In this document: positions 42,699 through 51,837 of the stretch, piece by piece | How the letters are laid out: every line of letters begins with the position of its first letter | Position numbering within the stretch: position 1 is the stretch's first letter | From: Gammaproteobacteria bacterium | GTDB taxonomy: Bacteria; Pseudomonadota; Gammaproteobacteria; Eutrophobiales; Eutrophobiaceae | Assembly (NCBI GenBank): GCA_004297165.1 | Contig: SCUJ01000011.1 | Coordinates: 128,095 to 192,094, forward strand | DNA: 64,000 nt | Reading direction: 5' to 3' | Program-made: the position numbers and the translations under genes | The notes under the pieces: generated by a model | What the model was told of the DNA's origin: nothing | The model's input: only the letters and a program-made list of their open reading frames with translations | Database searches by the model: none

Positions 42699-43324
42699 CC
42701 GAGGCCGTCATCCTGGTCCACGGCCTGTGGATGAACGGCCTCGATATGACCCTGCTGCGCCGCCGGATCGCCGCGGCCGGTTACATAACGCATCAGTTCC
42801 GCTATCCGACCGTACGCCAGAGCCCCGCCGAGAATGCGCATGACCTCGCGACCTTCGCCAGTCGCCTGCCGCACCAGGTAGTGCACTTCATCGGCCACAG
42901 CCTGGGCGGCCTGGTATTGCGGCATCTCTTTCATGCCCATCCCGATCAACGGCCCGGCCGGGTCGTCACCCTGGGTACGCCGCATCAGCCAAGCAGCGCG
43001 GCTCGTGGCTTCCTGCGACTGTCGCCGGGACGCAGGCTGCTCGGACGGAGCCTGGAAGCGGGCCTGCTGGGCGAGGCCCCCGGCTGGAACGGCGGCCGTG
43101 ATCTCGGCAGCATCGCCGGGACCCTGGGGTTGGGACCTGTCTGGTTCATCCCGGACATCCCGCGTCCTTGCGACGGCACGGTCGCGGTCAACGAAACCCT
43201 GATCGAGGGCATGCGGGATCACGTCACCGTCCCGGCCACACACATGGGTCTCCTCATCTCGCGGCGCGCGGCGGAACAATGCCTGCATTTTCTCCAATAT
43301 GGCCGGTTTGTTTCGCAACGCTAG
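42695..43324 (+). CDS. alpha/beta hydrolase (lipase/esterase-like)
   Basis: LVHGLW, GHSLGG, LGTPH, DGTV, THMGL. Confidence 0.88.
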   Translation: MTEAVILVHGLWMNGLDMTLLRRRIAAAGYITHQFRYPTVRQSPAENAHDLATFASRLPHQVVHFIGHSLGGLVLRHLFHAHPDQRPGRVVTLGTPHQPSSAARGFLRLSPGRRLLGRSLEAGLLGEAPGWNGGRDLGSIAGTLGLGPVWFIPDIPRPCDGTVAVNETLIEGMRDHVTVPATHMGLLISRRAAEQCLHFLQYGRFVSQR

Positions 43325-43548
43325 CGAGGCTTGTTTTTATAAGGTCAATATACCGTGGTTGATCTATTCAACCGTACCTAACACCGGTAAGATCCATGCC
43401 CACGGTGAGGGCATCAAAGGAACGCCATGAACCACGATAACTGCCTATACAAGCCTCTTCCATGCCTTTCACCTCGGAAGGCTCCATACTTTCAGGCGGC
43501 TCTTTCTTTGGACACGTTTTGGATTCTGACTGTCCACGAGCATGCTCA

Positions 43549-45537
43549 ATGCCTGACCACAACTACTTCTCTAATTTAATCTGGCAGATCGCCGATCTGC
43601 TGCGTGGCCCTTATCGGCCGCCGCAGTACGAGCGCGTCATGCTACCGATGACGGTGCTGCGCCGGTTCGACTGCGTGCTCTCGCCCACCAAGGCCAAGGT
43701 CCTGGCCGAGCACGAAAGGCGCAAGGGGGGTAAGCTCGAAGGCGACGCCCTCGATACCAAGCTCAACCAGGCATCCGGCCAGCGCTTCCACAATCACTCG
43801 CCCCTCGACTTCGAGAAACTGAAGGGGGATCCCGACAACATCGAGAAACACCTGGTCAGCTACATCAAGGGTTTCTCGAAGAACGTCCGCGACATCTTCG
43901 ACTTCTTCGAATTCGAGGCCGAGATCGAGCGGATGCGCGAGGCGAACATCCTCTACCTCGTCATCTCCAAGTTCCGCGACGTGGACCTGCACCCGAACGC
44001 GGTGCCTAATGAGCAGATGGGCCTCATCTTCGAGAACCTCATCCGGCGCTTCAACGAACTGGCCAACGAGACCGCGGGCGATCACTTCACGCCGCGCGAG
44101 GTCATCCGGCTGATGGTGAACATCCTGTTCATCCATGACGACAAGCTTCTCGCCACGCCCGGAACGGTGCGCAAGCTGCTCGACCCGGCCTGCGGCACCG
44201 GCGGCATGCTGGCCGAGGCCCAGAACTACCTGCGCGAGCATCACGGCGCGGCCAAGCTCTACGTTTACGGGCAGGACTACAACAAGCGCGCCTTCGCCAC
44301 CGCGGCGTCCGACATGCTGATGAAACAGGTGGACCACAACGGCGGCGGCAACAACGTCCGCTTCGGCGACAGCTTCACCGAGGATCAGTTCGCGGGCGAG
44401 ACCTATGACTACTTCCTGACCAACCCACCCTTCGGTGTGGACTGGAAGAAACAGCAGAAGGAGATCCAGCAGGAGCGCGACAAGCGCGGCTTCGACGGCC
44501 GTTTTGGCGCCGGGCTGCCGCGCGTGAATGACGGTTCGCTGCTTTTCCTGCAACACATGGTCGACAAGTTCGAGCCTGTGCGCCCGGCGGAGCACAAACA
44601 CGGATCGCGCCTCGCCATCGTCTTCAGCGGATCACCGCTCTTCACCGGCGGCGCGGGCTCGGGTGAGAGCGACATCCGCAAGTGGATCATCGAGAACGAC
44701 TGGCTCGAAGCCATCATCGCCCTGCCGGAGCAGATGTTCTACAACACGGGCATCGGCACCTACGTCTGGATCGTCACCAACCGCAAGGAGAAGCGGCGCA
44801 AGGGCAGGATTCAGCTCCTCGATGCGCGCGCCGTGTGGACCGCGGGTGGCAGCGAGGACAACAAGCGCAGCCTCGGCGACAAGCGCCGGCACATCACCAA
44901 CAGCCAGATCGCCGAGATCGTCAAGCTCTACGGCCGGCAGACCGACGGCGAGACCTCCAGGACCTTCGACAACGCCGACTTCGGCTACACCCGCGTGACC
45001 GTCGAGCGGCCCCTGCGCCTGCGCTACCAGATGACCCTGGAAGACAAGTCTCGTTTTCTTGACGCGTGCCCGCACCTGCTCGACGACGTGCAGGCCATCG
45101 ACAAGGTGTTAGGTCGAGAGCCGAGGTTGGATTGGGATGCAGTCGAGAGCGACATTCAAGATGTTCTCGCAGAGAAAGGGAGCCGATGGAAGGCTTCGGA
45201 ATGGAAGCTTTTCCGGAATGTGTTCACGAAAAAAAACTCCGACGGCAAGCCAATACGGGAAGGTTGGGTGCAGAGCCCTGGAGAGCCTGATCCCGACCTG
45301 CGCGATTTCGAGAACGTGCCGCTCAAGGACGACATCGACGCCTACTTCGAACGCGAGGTGCGCCCACACGTGCCCGACGCCTGGATGGATCGAGCCAAGG
45401 ACAAGGTCGGCTACGAGATTAACTTCAACCGCCACTTCTACAAGTACACGCCGCCGCGTCCCTTGGAGATAATCGACGCGGAGCTCAAGCAGGCGGAAGA
45501 GGCGATCATGCGGTTGCTCCGGGAGGTGACGGAGTGA
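43549..45537 (+). CDS. hsdM: type I R-M methyltransferase subunit
   Basis: IWQIADLLRG, GDHFTPREV, DPACGTGG, TNPPFG, FYNTGIGTY, VGYEINF. Confidence 0.96.
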   Translation: MPDHNYFSNLIWQIADLLRGPYRPPQYERVMLPMTVLRRFDCVLSPTKAKVLAEHERRKGGKLEGDALDTKLNQASGQRFHNHSPLDFEKLKGDPDNIEKHLVSYIKGFSKNVRDIFDFFEFEAEIERMREANILYLVISKFRDVDLHPNAVPNEQMGLIFENLIRRFNELANETAGDHFTPREVIRLMVNILFIHDDKLLATPGTVRKLLDPACGTGGMLAEAQNYLREHHGAAKLYVYGQDYNKRAFATAASDMLMKQVDHNGGGNNVRFGDSFTEDQFAGETYDYFLTNPPFGVDWKKQQKEIQQERDKRGFDGRFGAGLPRVNDGSLLFLQHMVDKFEPVRPAEHKHGSRLAIVFSGSPLFTGGAGSGESDIRKWIIENDWLEAIIALPEQMFYNTGIGTYVWIVTNRKEKRRKGRIQLLDARAVWTAGGSEDNKRSLGDKRRHITNSQIAEIVKLYGRQTDGETSRTFDNADFGYTRVTVERPLRLRYQMTLEDKSRFLDACPHLLDDVQAIDKVLGREPRLDWDAVESDIQDVLAEKGSRWKASEWKLFRNVFTKKNSDGKPIREGWVQSPGEPDPDLRDFENVPLKDDIDAYFEREVRPHVPDAWMDRAKDKVGYEINFNRHFYKYTPPRPLEIIDAELKQAEEAIMRLLREVTE

Positions 45538-46811
45538 CCGTCGTCGAACAACGTCTGAAGTACTGCGTCCGGCGCCCGATCATAAATGGGGTCGGAGCGG
45601 CCGCTGAGCACGATGACCCCTCGTGGCCGCGATATGTGCGAATCACTGATATTGCTGGCCCCAGGAAACTGCGAGACGACACATTCATGTCGCTTCCCCC
45701 CGAGCAGGCAGCTGAGGCACCATTCAACGTCGGGGACATTCTTGCAGCGGCGGTCGGCGCCACTTTCGGCAAGACCTATCTTCACGCCAGTGACATAGGG
45801 CCGGCTGCGTTCGCGGGCTATCTGGTGCGAATCTCACCCGGTGCAGATTTCGAACCTCGCTTTGTGGCGTATTGGTCAGAAAGCCACCACTACTGGGATC
45901 AAGTCAATACAAGTGTTGTGCAATCGACGATCCAGAACTTCTCTGCGGCCAAGTATGCCGAGCTTCGACTACCAGCCCCGCCGCTTGAGACGCAATGCAT
46001 AATCGCCAACTACCTTGACCGAGAGACTGCGCGGCTGGATGCACTGGTGGCGGCGAAGGAGCGGGTGCTCGGGCTGTTGGCCGAGAAGCGCCGGGCAGTC
46101 ATCACACGCGCCGTCACCCGCGGCCTCGACCCCCGCGCGCGCCTCCGCGACTCTGGCATTCCCTGGCTCGGGGAGATTCCGGCGCATTGGGAAGCATGGA
46201 AGCTTGGGCACGTTGCATTTGTAGGGAATGGATCAACCCCGAACAGAGACAATCCAGAGTATTGGACGGAAGGGGTGATCCCTTGGCTCAACAGTTCAGT
46301 GGTCAATCAGGATGAAGTGACTGCATCCGACCAGTTTGTCACTCCAACAGCGTTCCGCGAATGTCATCTACCTTTGGTCAAGCCGGGAAGCGTTCTTATC
46401 GGAATAACCGGACAAGGGAAGACCCGAGGGAGCGCGGTGGTTCTGTCGTTCGAGGCAACGATAAATCAGCACCTCGCCTTTATCACGCCGAATGCCAATC
46501 TGCTAAATGCATGGTTCCTACGTTGGGCTCTGTTCGCTGCTTACGAGTTTCTCAGAAGCATCAGTGACGATGCAGGCGGAACCAAGGGTGCTCTTACCTG
46601 TGAGGCCGTCGCAGCACTCTACGTGCCTCTACCGCCACTCAACGACCAGAGAGCAATCGTCGCTCATGTTTCCTCGGAGGCGAGCAAGCTTGATGCTTTG
46701 AGGGTGGCGACCGAGCGCACGATTGCCTTGATCAAAGAGCGCCGCGCCGCGCTCATCGCTGCGGCAGTGACAGGCAGACATGCTCCTGACTTTGCGAGGG
46801 GATCGGCATGA
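45534..46811 (+). CDS. hsdS: type I R-M specificity subunit
   Basis: Two TRDs separated by PPLETQCIIANYLD...AVTRGLDP...DSGIPWLGEIPAHW; ends RAALIAAAVTG. Confidence 0.95.
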   Translation: MTVVEQRLKYCVRRPIINGVGAAAEHDDPSWPRYVRITDIAGPRKLRDDTFMSLPPEQAAEAPFNVGDILAAAVGATFGKTYLHASDIGPAAFAGYLVRISPGADFEPRFVAYWSESHHYWDQVNTSVVQSTIQNFSAAKYAELRLPAPPLETQCIIANYLDRETARLDALVAAKERVLGLLAEKRRAVITRAVTRGLDPRARLRDSGIPWLGEIPAHWEAWKLGHVAFVGNGSTPNRDNPEYWTEGVIPWLNSSVVNQDEVTASDQFVTPTAFRECHLPLVKPGSVLIGITGQGKTRGSAVVLSFEATINQHLAFITPNANLLNAWFLRWALFAAYEFLRSISDDAGGTKGALTCEAVAALYVPLPPLNDQRAIVAHVSSEASKLDALRVATERTIALIKERRAALIAAAVTGRHAPDFARGSA

Positions 46812-47713
46812 GGCATACAAGCCCATTACGCTATCCTGGCGGTAAGGCTGAACTAACGGGGTTCCTTACTGACGTGATCGATCTGAACGATTTGCGCGGA
46901 TGCCCTTACTACGAACCTTACGCTGGTGGTGCCGGGGCGGCGATAGGTCTTCTTAAGCACGGCGTTGTATCAGAGATATTTCTCAATGATGCAGACAGGC
47001 GAGTCTACGCCTTTTGGCGCGCGATACTCCAAAATAGCGAGCGTTTTGTGGAGCGCATTCACACCGTTCCTTTAAGTATTAAAGAATGGTATCGTCAACA
47101 CAAGATCTGCGCCCGACCGAGGTCGCACGCCCAGTTTGATCTGGGATTTTCCGCCTTCTACATGAATCGTTGCAACCGCTCAGGGGTTTTGAGCGGTGCA
47201 GGTCCAATCGGCGGCTACGAACAATCGGGTAAATGGCGAATGGATGTGCGCTTCAACCGCGAAACGCTTGCGAGACGCATCCTGAATCTATCTCGAATGA
47301 AGACTCAGATTCATGTGACCTGCGAGGATGCGATTGTCTTCCTTAAGAAGCAATTGCCGCGGGGGCGGGGTCGCAACCGAGTCTTTGTCTACCTTGATCC
47401 GCCGTATGTCAACAATGGCCAGCGTCTTTACCTGAATGCTTATCAACAAGATGACCACGCCAAGTTGTCGCGGTATCTAGACGATCAGACTGTGCTACCG
47501 TGGATTATGTCTTACGATGACAGTAGCTTGGTGCGGGAATTATATGTCAAGCAACAGATTGCACTCATGCCGATTCGCTATACTCTTCAAGAGAAACGTT
47601 CAGCACACGAACTTATCATTTCTCCTTGCCACGTTGCCATACCTAATGCCTGTCGGATTTATGGTCGGGAAAATCTGCTTCAAGTCTCTCATCACCAGGG
47701 AGGAGCATCATGA
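46808..47713 (+). CDS. Dam/D12-class N6-adenine DNA methyltransferase
   Basis: SPLRYPGGK, YYEPYAGGAG, YLDPPY; ATGA overlap with hsdS. Confidence 0.92.
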   Translation: MRHTSPLRYPGGKAELTGFLTDVIDLNDLRGCPYYEPYAGGAGAAIGLLKHGVVSEIFLNDADRRVYAFWRAILQNSERFVERIHTVPLSIKEWYRQHKICARPRSHAQFDLGFSAFYMNRCNRSGVLSGAGPIGGYEQSGKWRMDVRFNRETLARRILNLSRMKTQIHVTCEDAIVFLKKQLPRGRGRNRVFVYLDPPYVNNGQRLYLNAYQQDDHAKLSRYLDDQTVLPWIMSYDDSSLVRELYVKQQIALMPIRYTLQEKRSAHELIISPCHVAIPNACRIYGRENLLQVSHHQGGAS

Positions 47714-48813
47714 TTACGAAAACAAATACCGAATCCATTCCTGTGAAAGAACTTCACTTTGACCGATTGAATCCTAGGCTTGCCGAATACGGAGTACGGC
47801 CAGAGACGACGGATAAAGAGATCCAGGAGATCCTTTGGGATGCCATGGATGTGCGCGAGTTGGTCCAGTCGATCGCTGCTAGCGGATTTTTCCGACATGA
47901 ACCGATTATTGTAGCCAAAGAGAAAAACAAGAACATCGTCATCGAAGGTAACCGGCGTCTCGCAGCGGTAAAAGTACTTCTCGATACTCAAGTCGCCAAG
48001 AAGAACGGGTGGGAAATTCCGACACTATCCAAGGATGAACGCAATGGTCTGGAGACTCTGCCCGTCATTTTTTCTGACCGTAAGGAATCATGGCGTTACT
48101 TAGGTTTTAAACACGTCAACGGTCCCGCAAAGTGGAGTAGCTACGCTAAGGCGAAGTACATAGCCGATATTCATCGTGACCACAAAATTTCTTTATCCGA
48201 TATCGCAAATCAGATCGGCGATCAGCATCGGACGGTACAACGTCTATATCGTGGACTGATGGTGATCGAGCAGGCCGAACGCATGAAGGTTTATGATCGG
48301 GAGGACAGATTTCGGCAACGACTCGCCTTCTCTCACCTCTACACCGGTCTGGATTACGATGGCGTCAGTTCTTTTATCAGCTTAAAAGCTGAAGACGAGG
48401 AGACAAAGAATCCTGTTCCCAAGGAAAAGGTGAAGGAATTGGGCGAGCTCTGCGTGTGGCTTTACGGCAGCAAGAAGGACAATCGCCCACCAGTCGTCGA
48501 ATCACAAAACCCCGACCTCAGGCGTCTCAATGCCGTCCTGAACAACCGAGAGGCGATAGCCGCACTGCGGGCCGGGTCAGAGCTTGTCAAGGCGTTCGAG
48601 ATCAGCAGACCCCCTACAGCTGTCTTCGAGGAGGCACTTCTGGCCGCCAAACGCGAACTCACTACCGCAAGGGCACACCTGACGACAGGATATGACAAGT
48701 CGGAAGCGCTACTGCGCGTTGTCGGCACCATCGCCGAGATGGCTGACGACATCTACAAAGAGATGGAACGAAAGAGAAACCCCGAGAAAACAAAGCGACT
48801 TACGGAGAAGTAA
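47710..48813 (+). CDS. ParB/Srx N-terminal domain protein
   Basis: LHFDRLNPRL, LVQSIAASGF, EPIIV, IEGNRRLAA (GxxRxxA); HTH-like LSDIANQIG..TVQR. Confidence 0.85.
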   Translation: MITKTNTESIPVKELHFDRLNPRLAEYGVRPETTDKEIQEILWDAMDVRELVQSIAASGFFRHEPIIVAKEKNKNIVIEGNRRLAAVKVLLDTQVAKKNGWEIPTLSKDERNGLETLPVIFSDRKESWRYLGFKHVNGPAKWSSYAKAKYIADIHRDHKISLSDIANQIGDQHRTVQRLYRGLMVIEQAERMKVYDREDRFRQRLAFSHLYTGLDYDGVSSFISLKAEDEETKNPVPKEKVKELGELCVWLYGSKKDNRPPVVESQNPDLRRLNAVLNNREAIAALRAGSELVKAFEISRPPTAVFEEALLAAKRELTTARAHLTTGYDKSEALLRVVGTIAEMADDIYKEMERKRNPEKTKRLTEK

Positions 48814-48814
48814 T

Positions 48815-49747
48815 GTGTTCAAGCTGCCCGACTTGCCGTCATCGCAGGCAGAGGTCCACGAACTCGCTGATTTTGTAGAGTTATTGTGCTGGGTCCGTGG
48901 ATCAACATCGAAGCGTGAAGTTGTGGCTTATCTTGGGCGAGTGGATGATAACGATAACAATATTGGTTGTGACGACAATGAAGACGGGAACTCCGATTTT
49001 CTGGATGAGGTAATGAACGAGATCGAACGGCGTGTGTTCGCGTGCGGTGTCGGTTATCCGTTCCAACTCGATCTCGAAGGAACCGTCCTTAGATACAACA
49101 TGAACGATGACGGTGAAAGATCAATAATCTACCTCTACCTCTTGTTAAGTACGCGACTTAATATGACGAAAAACCGAGTTCACGAAAGAATTGATGGCAC
49201 ATCGTTGTTTGAGGAAGTCTGTGCCCATGTGTTAAAAAACTATTTGGGTAAAACAAGGGCGAAAGCACTGGTATTCGGTACTGCGGTAACCGAGTCATTT
49301 CAGGATAAGATCAAGGCGCTGTGCGAACAGTTGTGTGAAGGATCAGGTTACAAAAACCCAGATGTGATGCCTTCGGTTGATCGCGATGGTAAGTTAGATG
49401 TAGTTGCATGGGTCCCTTTTACGGACCGTCGTGCAGGTCAACTGATTGTTTTTTCGCAGTGTAAAACAGGAACTAATTGGAAAGATCATGTGGCACAACT
49501 GAACCCCGGTGCTTTCGTTCAGAAATGGATCGATGGCACTATCGCCGTTACTCCCGTGCGTTCATTTTGCGTTACGGAAGCTTGTGATCAATCGCGTTGG
49601 AATAGCGCCTGCATTGATGCAGGCATTCTGCTTGACCGGTGCCGACTGGTTGACTTCTGCGATAACATCGACCCGACACTGCTAAGTAATGTGAATCGCT
49701 GGACAACCGCGGCCAAGAGCCATGTGGTGAGTAAAATGGCATGGTAG
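48815..49747 (+). CDS. hypothetical protein with C-terminal PD-(D/E)XK (Mrr-like) nuclease motif
   Basis: GGAGAAG SD, GTG 48815; FEEVC...DGKLDVVAW...FSQCKTG. Confidence 0.7.
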   Translation: MFKLPDLPSSQAEVHELADFVELLCWVRGSTSKREVVAYLGRVDDNDNNIGCDDNEDGNSDFLDEVMNEIERRVFACGVGYPFQLDLEGTVLRYNMNDDGERSIIYLYLLLSTRLNMTKNRVHERIDGTSLFEEVCAHVLKNYLGKTRAKALVFGTAVTESFQDKIKALCEQLCEGSGYKNPDVMPSVDRDGKLDVVAWVPFTDRRAGQLIVFSQCKTGTNWKDHVAQLNPGAFVQKWIDGTIAVTPVRSFCVTEACDQSRWNSACIDAGILLDRCRLVDFCDNIDPTLLSNVNRWTTAAKSHVVSKMAW

Positions 49748-49972
49748 CGAGCATTCAAAAAGTGGATTTCAAAACGGTCATAAAAATTTGCCTGCTCACG
49801 AAAAATCATAGTTTCCGTGAATCGTGGATGTTTCACGACAACGAGTGGGGCCAAAGATGGAGGCACTGTGAGTAGCAGTGAGAGTAGACGCTCAATGGCC
49901 CGCACAAATGAAGCAACACTGAATGTTTAGTGGTGGCATGCTGGAGCAGATTGACATATTGGAGTGTGCGGT

Positions 49973-50030
49973 GTGACCCGCGTCGCTGTTCGCCCAGGGA
50001 TGCTGCGCTGGGCCTGCGAGCGCGCTCGTC
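49973..50030 (+). pseudogene. N-terminal remnant of an HTH-ImmA/IrrE family gene
   Basis: (M)TRVAVRPGMLRWACERA resembles the start of these hsd-associated proteins; breaks off after about 18 codons. Confidence 0.45.
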
Positions 50031-50053
50031 AGCTCAGCGGAGGAGCGACTGCT

Positions 50054-50320
50054 GTGACACAATTGACTGACGATACACTCAGAGACGAGCTGATCCCCTA
50101 CCGCACCGCCGATGACGCCGTGCGCGTCGAGGCGCGCTACGAGTCCAAGACCTTCTGGCTCGACCAGCGATGCATAGCCGAGCTGTTCGGCGTCGACGTC
50201 CGCACCGTCAGCTACCACCTGAAGGAAGTCTACGCCTCGGAGGAGCTGACCCCGGAGACAACTCTCCAACAAATTTGGAGAGTTCAGCACGAGGCAGCCA
50301 TCATCCCGGAGGGCACATGA
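50054..50320 (+). pseudogene. truncated RhuM-family protein
   Basis: GGAGGAG SD; YRTADDAVRVE..TFWLDQRCIAELFGVDVRTVSYHLKEVYASEEL..IWRVQ; only about 88 aa. Confidence 0.65.
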
Positions 50321-51837
50321 CCACCCAGCCCCTCCTTGCCGACCTCCTCCGTTCCGGCGAGTGGACCGGCGCCGAATTCAAGGCCGCACGTCAGGGACTC
50401 CCGAAGTCGGCGTTTGAGACCGTCTCGGCTTTTGCCAACACCCGCGGCGGCTGTCTGGTCCTCGGCGTTACGCAGGACGGTGAGCAGTTCGAGGTGAGCG
50501 GCGTCGGCGAACCCGACAAGGTTCAGAACGACTTCCTCTCGGTGCTGCACGCCGACGGGAAGGTCAGCCACGATGTGGACATCACCGAACACCGCTACCA
50601 GCACGACGGCAAGGTCGCGCTCGCGTTCCGCATCGCCGAGAACCCGCGCACGCGCAAGCCCGTCTACCTCGACGGCGACATCCGCCGAACCTTTCTGCGC
50701 AAGGGCGGTGGCGACTACCGCGCTCAGCCGCACGAGATCGAGCGGATGTTGCGCGACCAGTCGGCGGATCGCTGGGACGGCCAGCCGTTCACGCGCGTCT
50801 CGCTCGACGAGGTGTTCCACTCGGCGAGCCTCACCTGGTACCGCGACCGCTTCCACGCCACGAACCCCGGCTTCGATGTCGAGCAGCCGCACCACGAGTT
50901 CCTCCACGACTGGGGCTACTTGGTGAAGGAAAGCGGCGCGTTCCTGCCGACGGGCGCGAGCGTTGCGCTGTTCGGCTCATTGCGCGGTGTTCGCAACCTG
51001 CTGCCGCGCCCGATCCTCGACGTGCAGTTCCTTGGCTACGGCAGTCACGACGAGATGCCCGAGACGCGCTGGATCGATCGCCTCGTGAGCGAAGTGAACA
51101 TCGTCGAAACCTGGCAGCAACTCCTCGCCAAGTACCTCTTCTTTATGCCCAAGCCGTTCCGCGACATCGACTCGGAAACGCTCGAGCGGCGCGACGCGCC
51201 CGCGGGTTTCCGTGTCTTCCGCGAGGCCGCGATGAACCTCCTGATTCACCAGGACTACGGCGACCACTCGCGCAAGGCGGTCATCCAGTTTTTCACCGAC
51301 GGCATTCGCTTCTGGAACCCCGGCGACAGCTTCGGCAACGAGACGCGGCTGCTCGAACCCGGAGAGAAGGAGGTGCGCAACCCCGCCATAGCGATGGGGA
51401 TGCGCCGAATCGGCATGTGCGAACAAGCCGGCACGGGCCTCCGGATGATGCGGCGCGAATGGCAGGCGATCGGCTACGCGGCACCGCTTTACGAGAATGA
51501 TCGTGTACATAAGGCATTCGAATCGTTTCTGCCGCAGTTGCGAGAAGTGGCTGTGGAGGTCACCCCCCAAGTCACCCCCCAAGTCACCCCCCAAGTCACC
51601 CCCCAAGTCACCCCCCAAGTCAGGCGGCTGCTGGATGCTATCGAAGGCGAGATGAGACTGGCTGACCTTATGGGCGGGTTGGGGCTGACCGACCGAAAGC
51701 ACTTCCGAACGCAGTACTGGCTGCCGGCATCCGAGCAAGGGCTGATCGAGATGACCCTGCCCGACAAGCCGAACAGCAGCAAGCAACGCTACAGGCTCAC
51801 GGAGTTGGGACATTTCACCAGACAGAGGAACCAATGA
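50317..51837 (+). CDS. Schlafen/AlbA_2 domain protein with central ATPase-like domain and C-terminal HTH
   Basis: [28 protein letters not shown]; [29 protein letters not shown]; [14 protein letters not shown]. Confidence 0.85.
   Translation: MTTQPLLADLLRSGEWTGAEFKAARQGLPKSAFETVSAFANTRGGCLVLGVTQDGEQFEVSGVGEPDKVQNDFLSVLHADGKVSHDVDITEHRYQHDGKVALAFRIAENPRTRKPVYLDGDIRRTFLRKGGGDYRAQPHEIERMLRDQSADRWDGQPFTRVSLDEVFHSASLTWYRDRFHATNPGFDVEQPHHEFLHDWGYLVKESGAFLPTGASVALFGSLRGVRNLLPRPILDVQFLGYGSHDEMPETRWIDRLVSEVNIVETWQQLLAKYLFFMPKPFRDIDSETLERRDAPAGFRVFREAAMNLLIHQDYGDHSRKAVIQFFTDGIRFWNPGDSFGNETRLLEPGEKEVRNPAIAMGMRRIGMCEQAGTGLRMMRREWQAIGYAAPLYENDRVHKAFESFLPQLREVAVEVTPQVTPQVTPQVTPQVTPQVRRLLDAIEGEMRLADLMGGLGLTDRKHFRTQYWLPASEQGLIEMTLPDKPNSSKQRYRLTELGHFTRQRNQ
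51559..51622 (+). repeat. coding tandem repeat (GTCACCCCCCAA)x5 encoding VTPQ
   Basis: Five perfect 12-bp copies plus GTCA. Confidence 0.97.

Noticed and set aside
43326-43457. Retron msr-msd
   Set aside because: Bracketing inverted repeats are short and there is no reverse transcriptase in the window
45229-45236. A8 tract in hsdM as a phase-variation switch
   Set aside because: Short tract in an intact frame; insufficient without read data
45534-46811. Invertible (shufflon-type) hsdS
   Set aside because: Single hsdS, no silent TRD copies, recombinase or long inverted repeats seen
47710-48813. ParB protein as a partition system
   Set aside because: No parA, no parS-like palindrome or replicon nearby; it is coupled to a methylase and a putative nuclease
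51559-51622. Tandem repeat as a CRISPR array
   Set aside because: No spacers, in-frame coding, no cas genes; I saw no CRISPR array anywhere in the window
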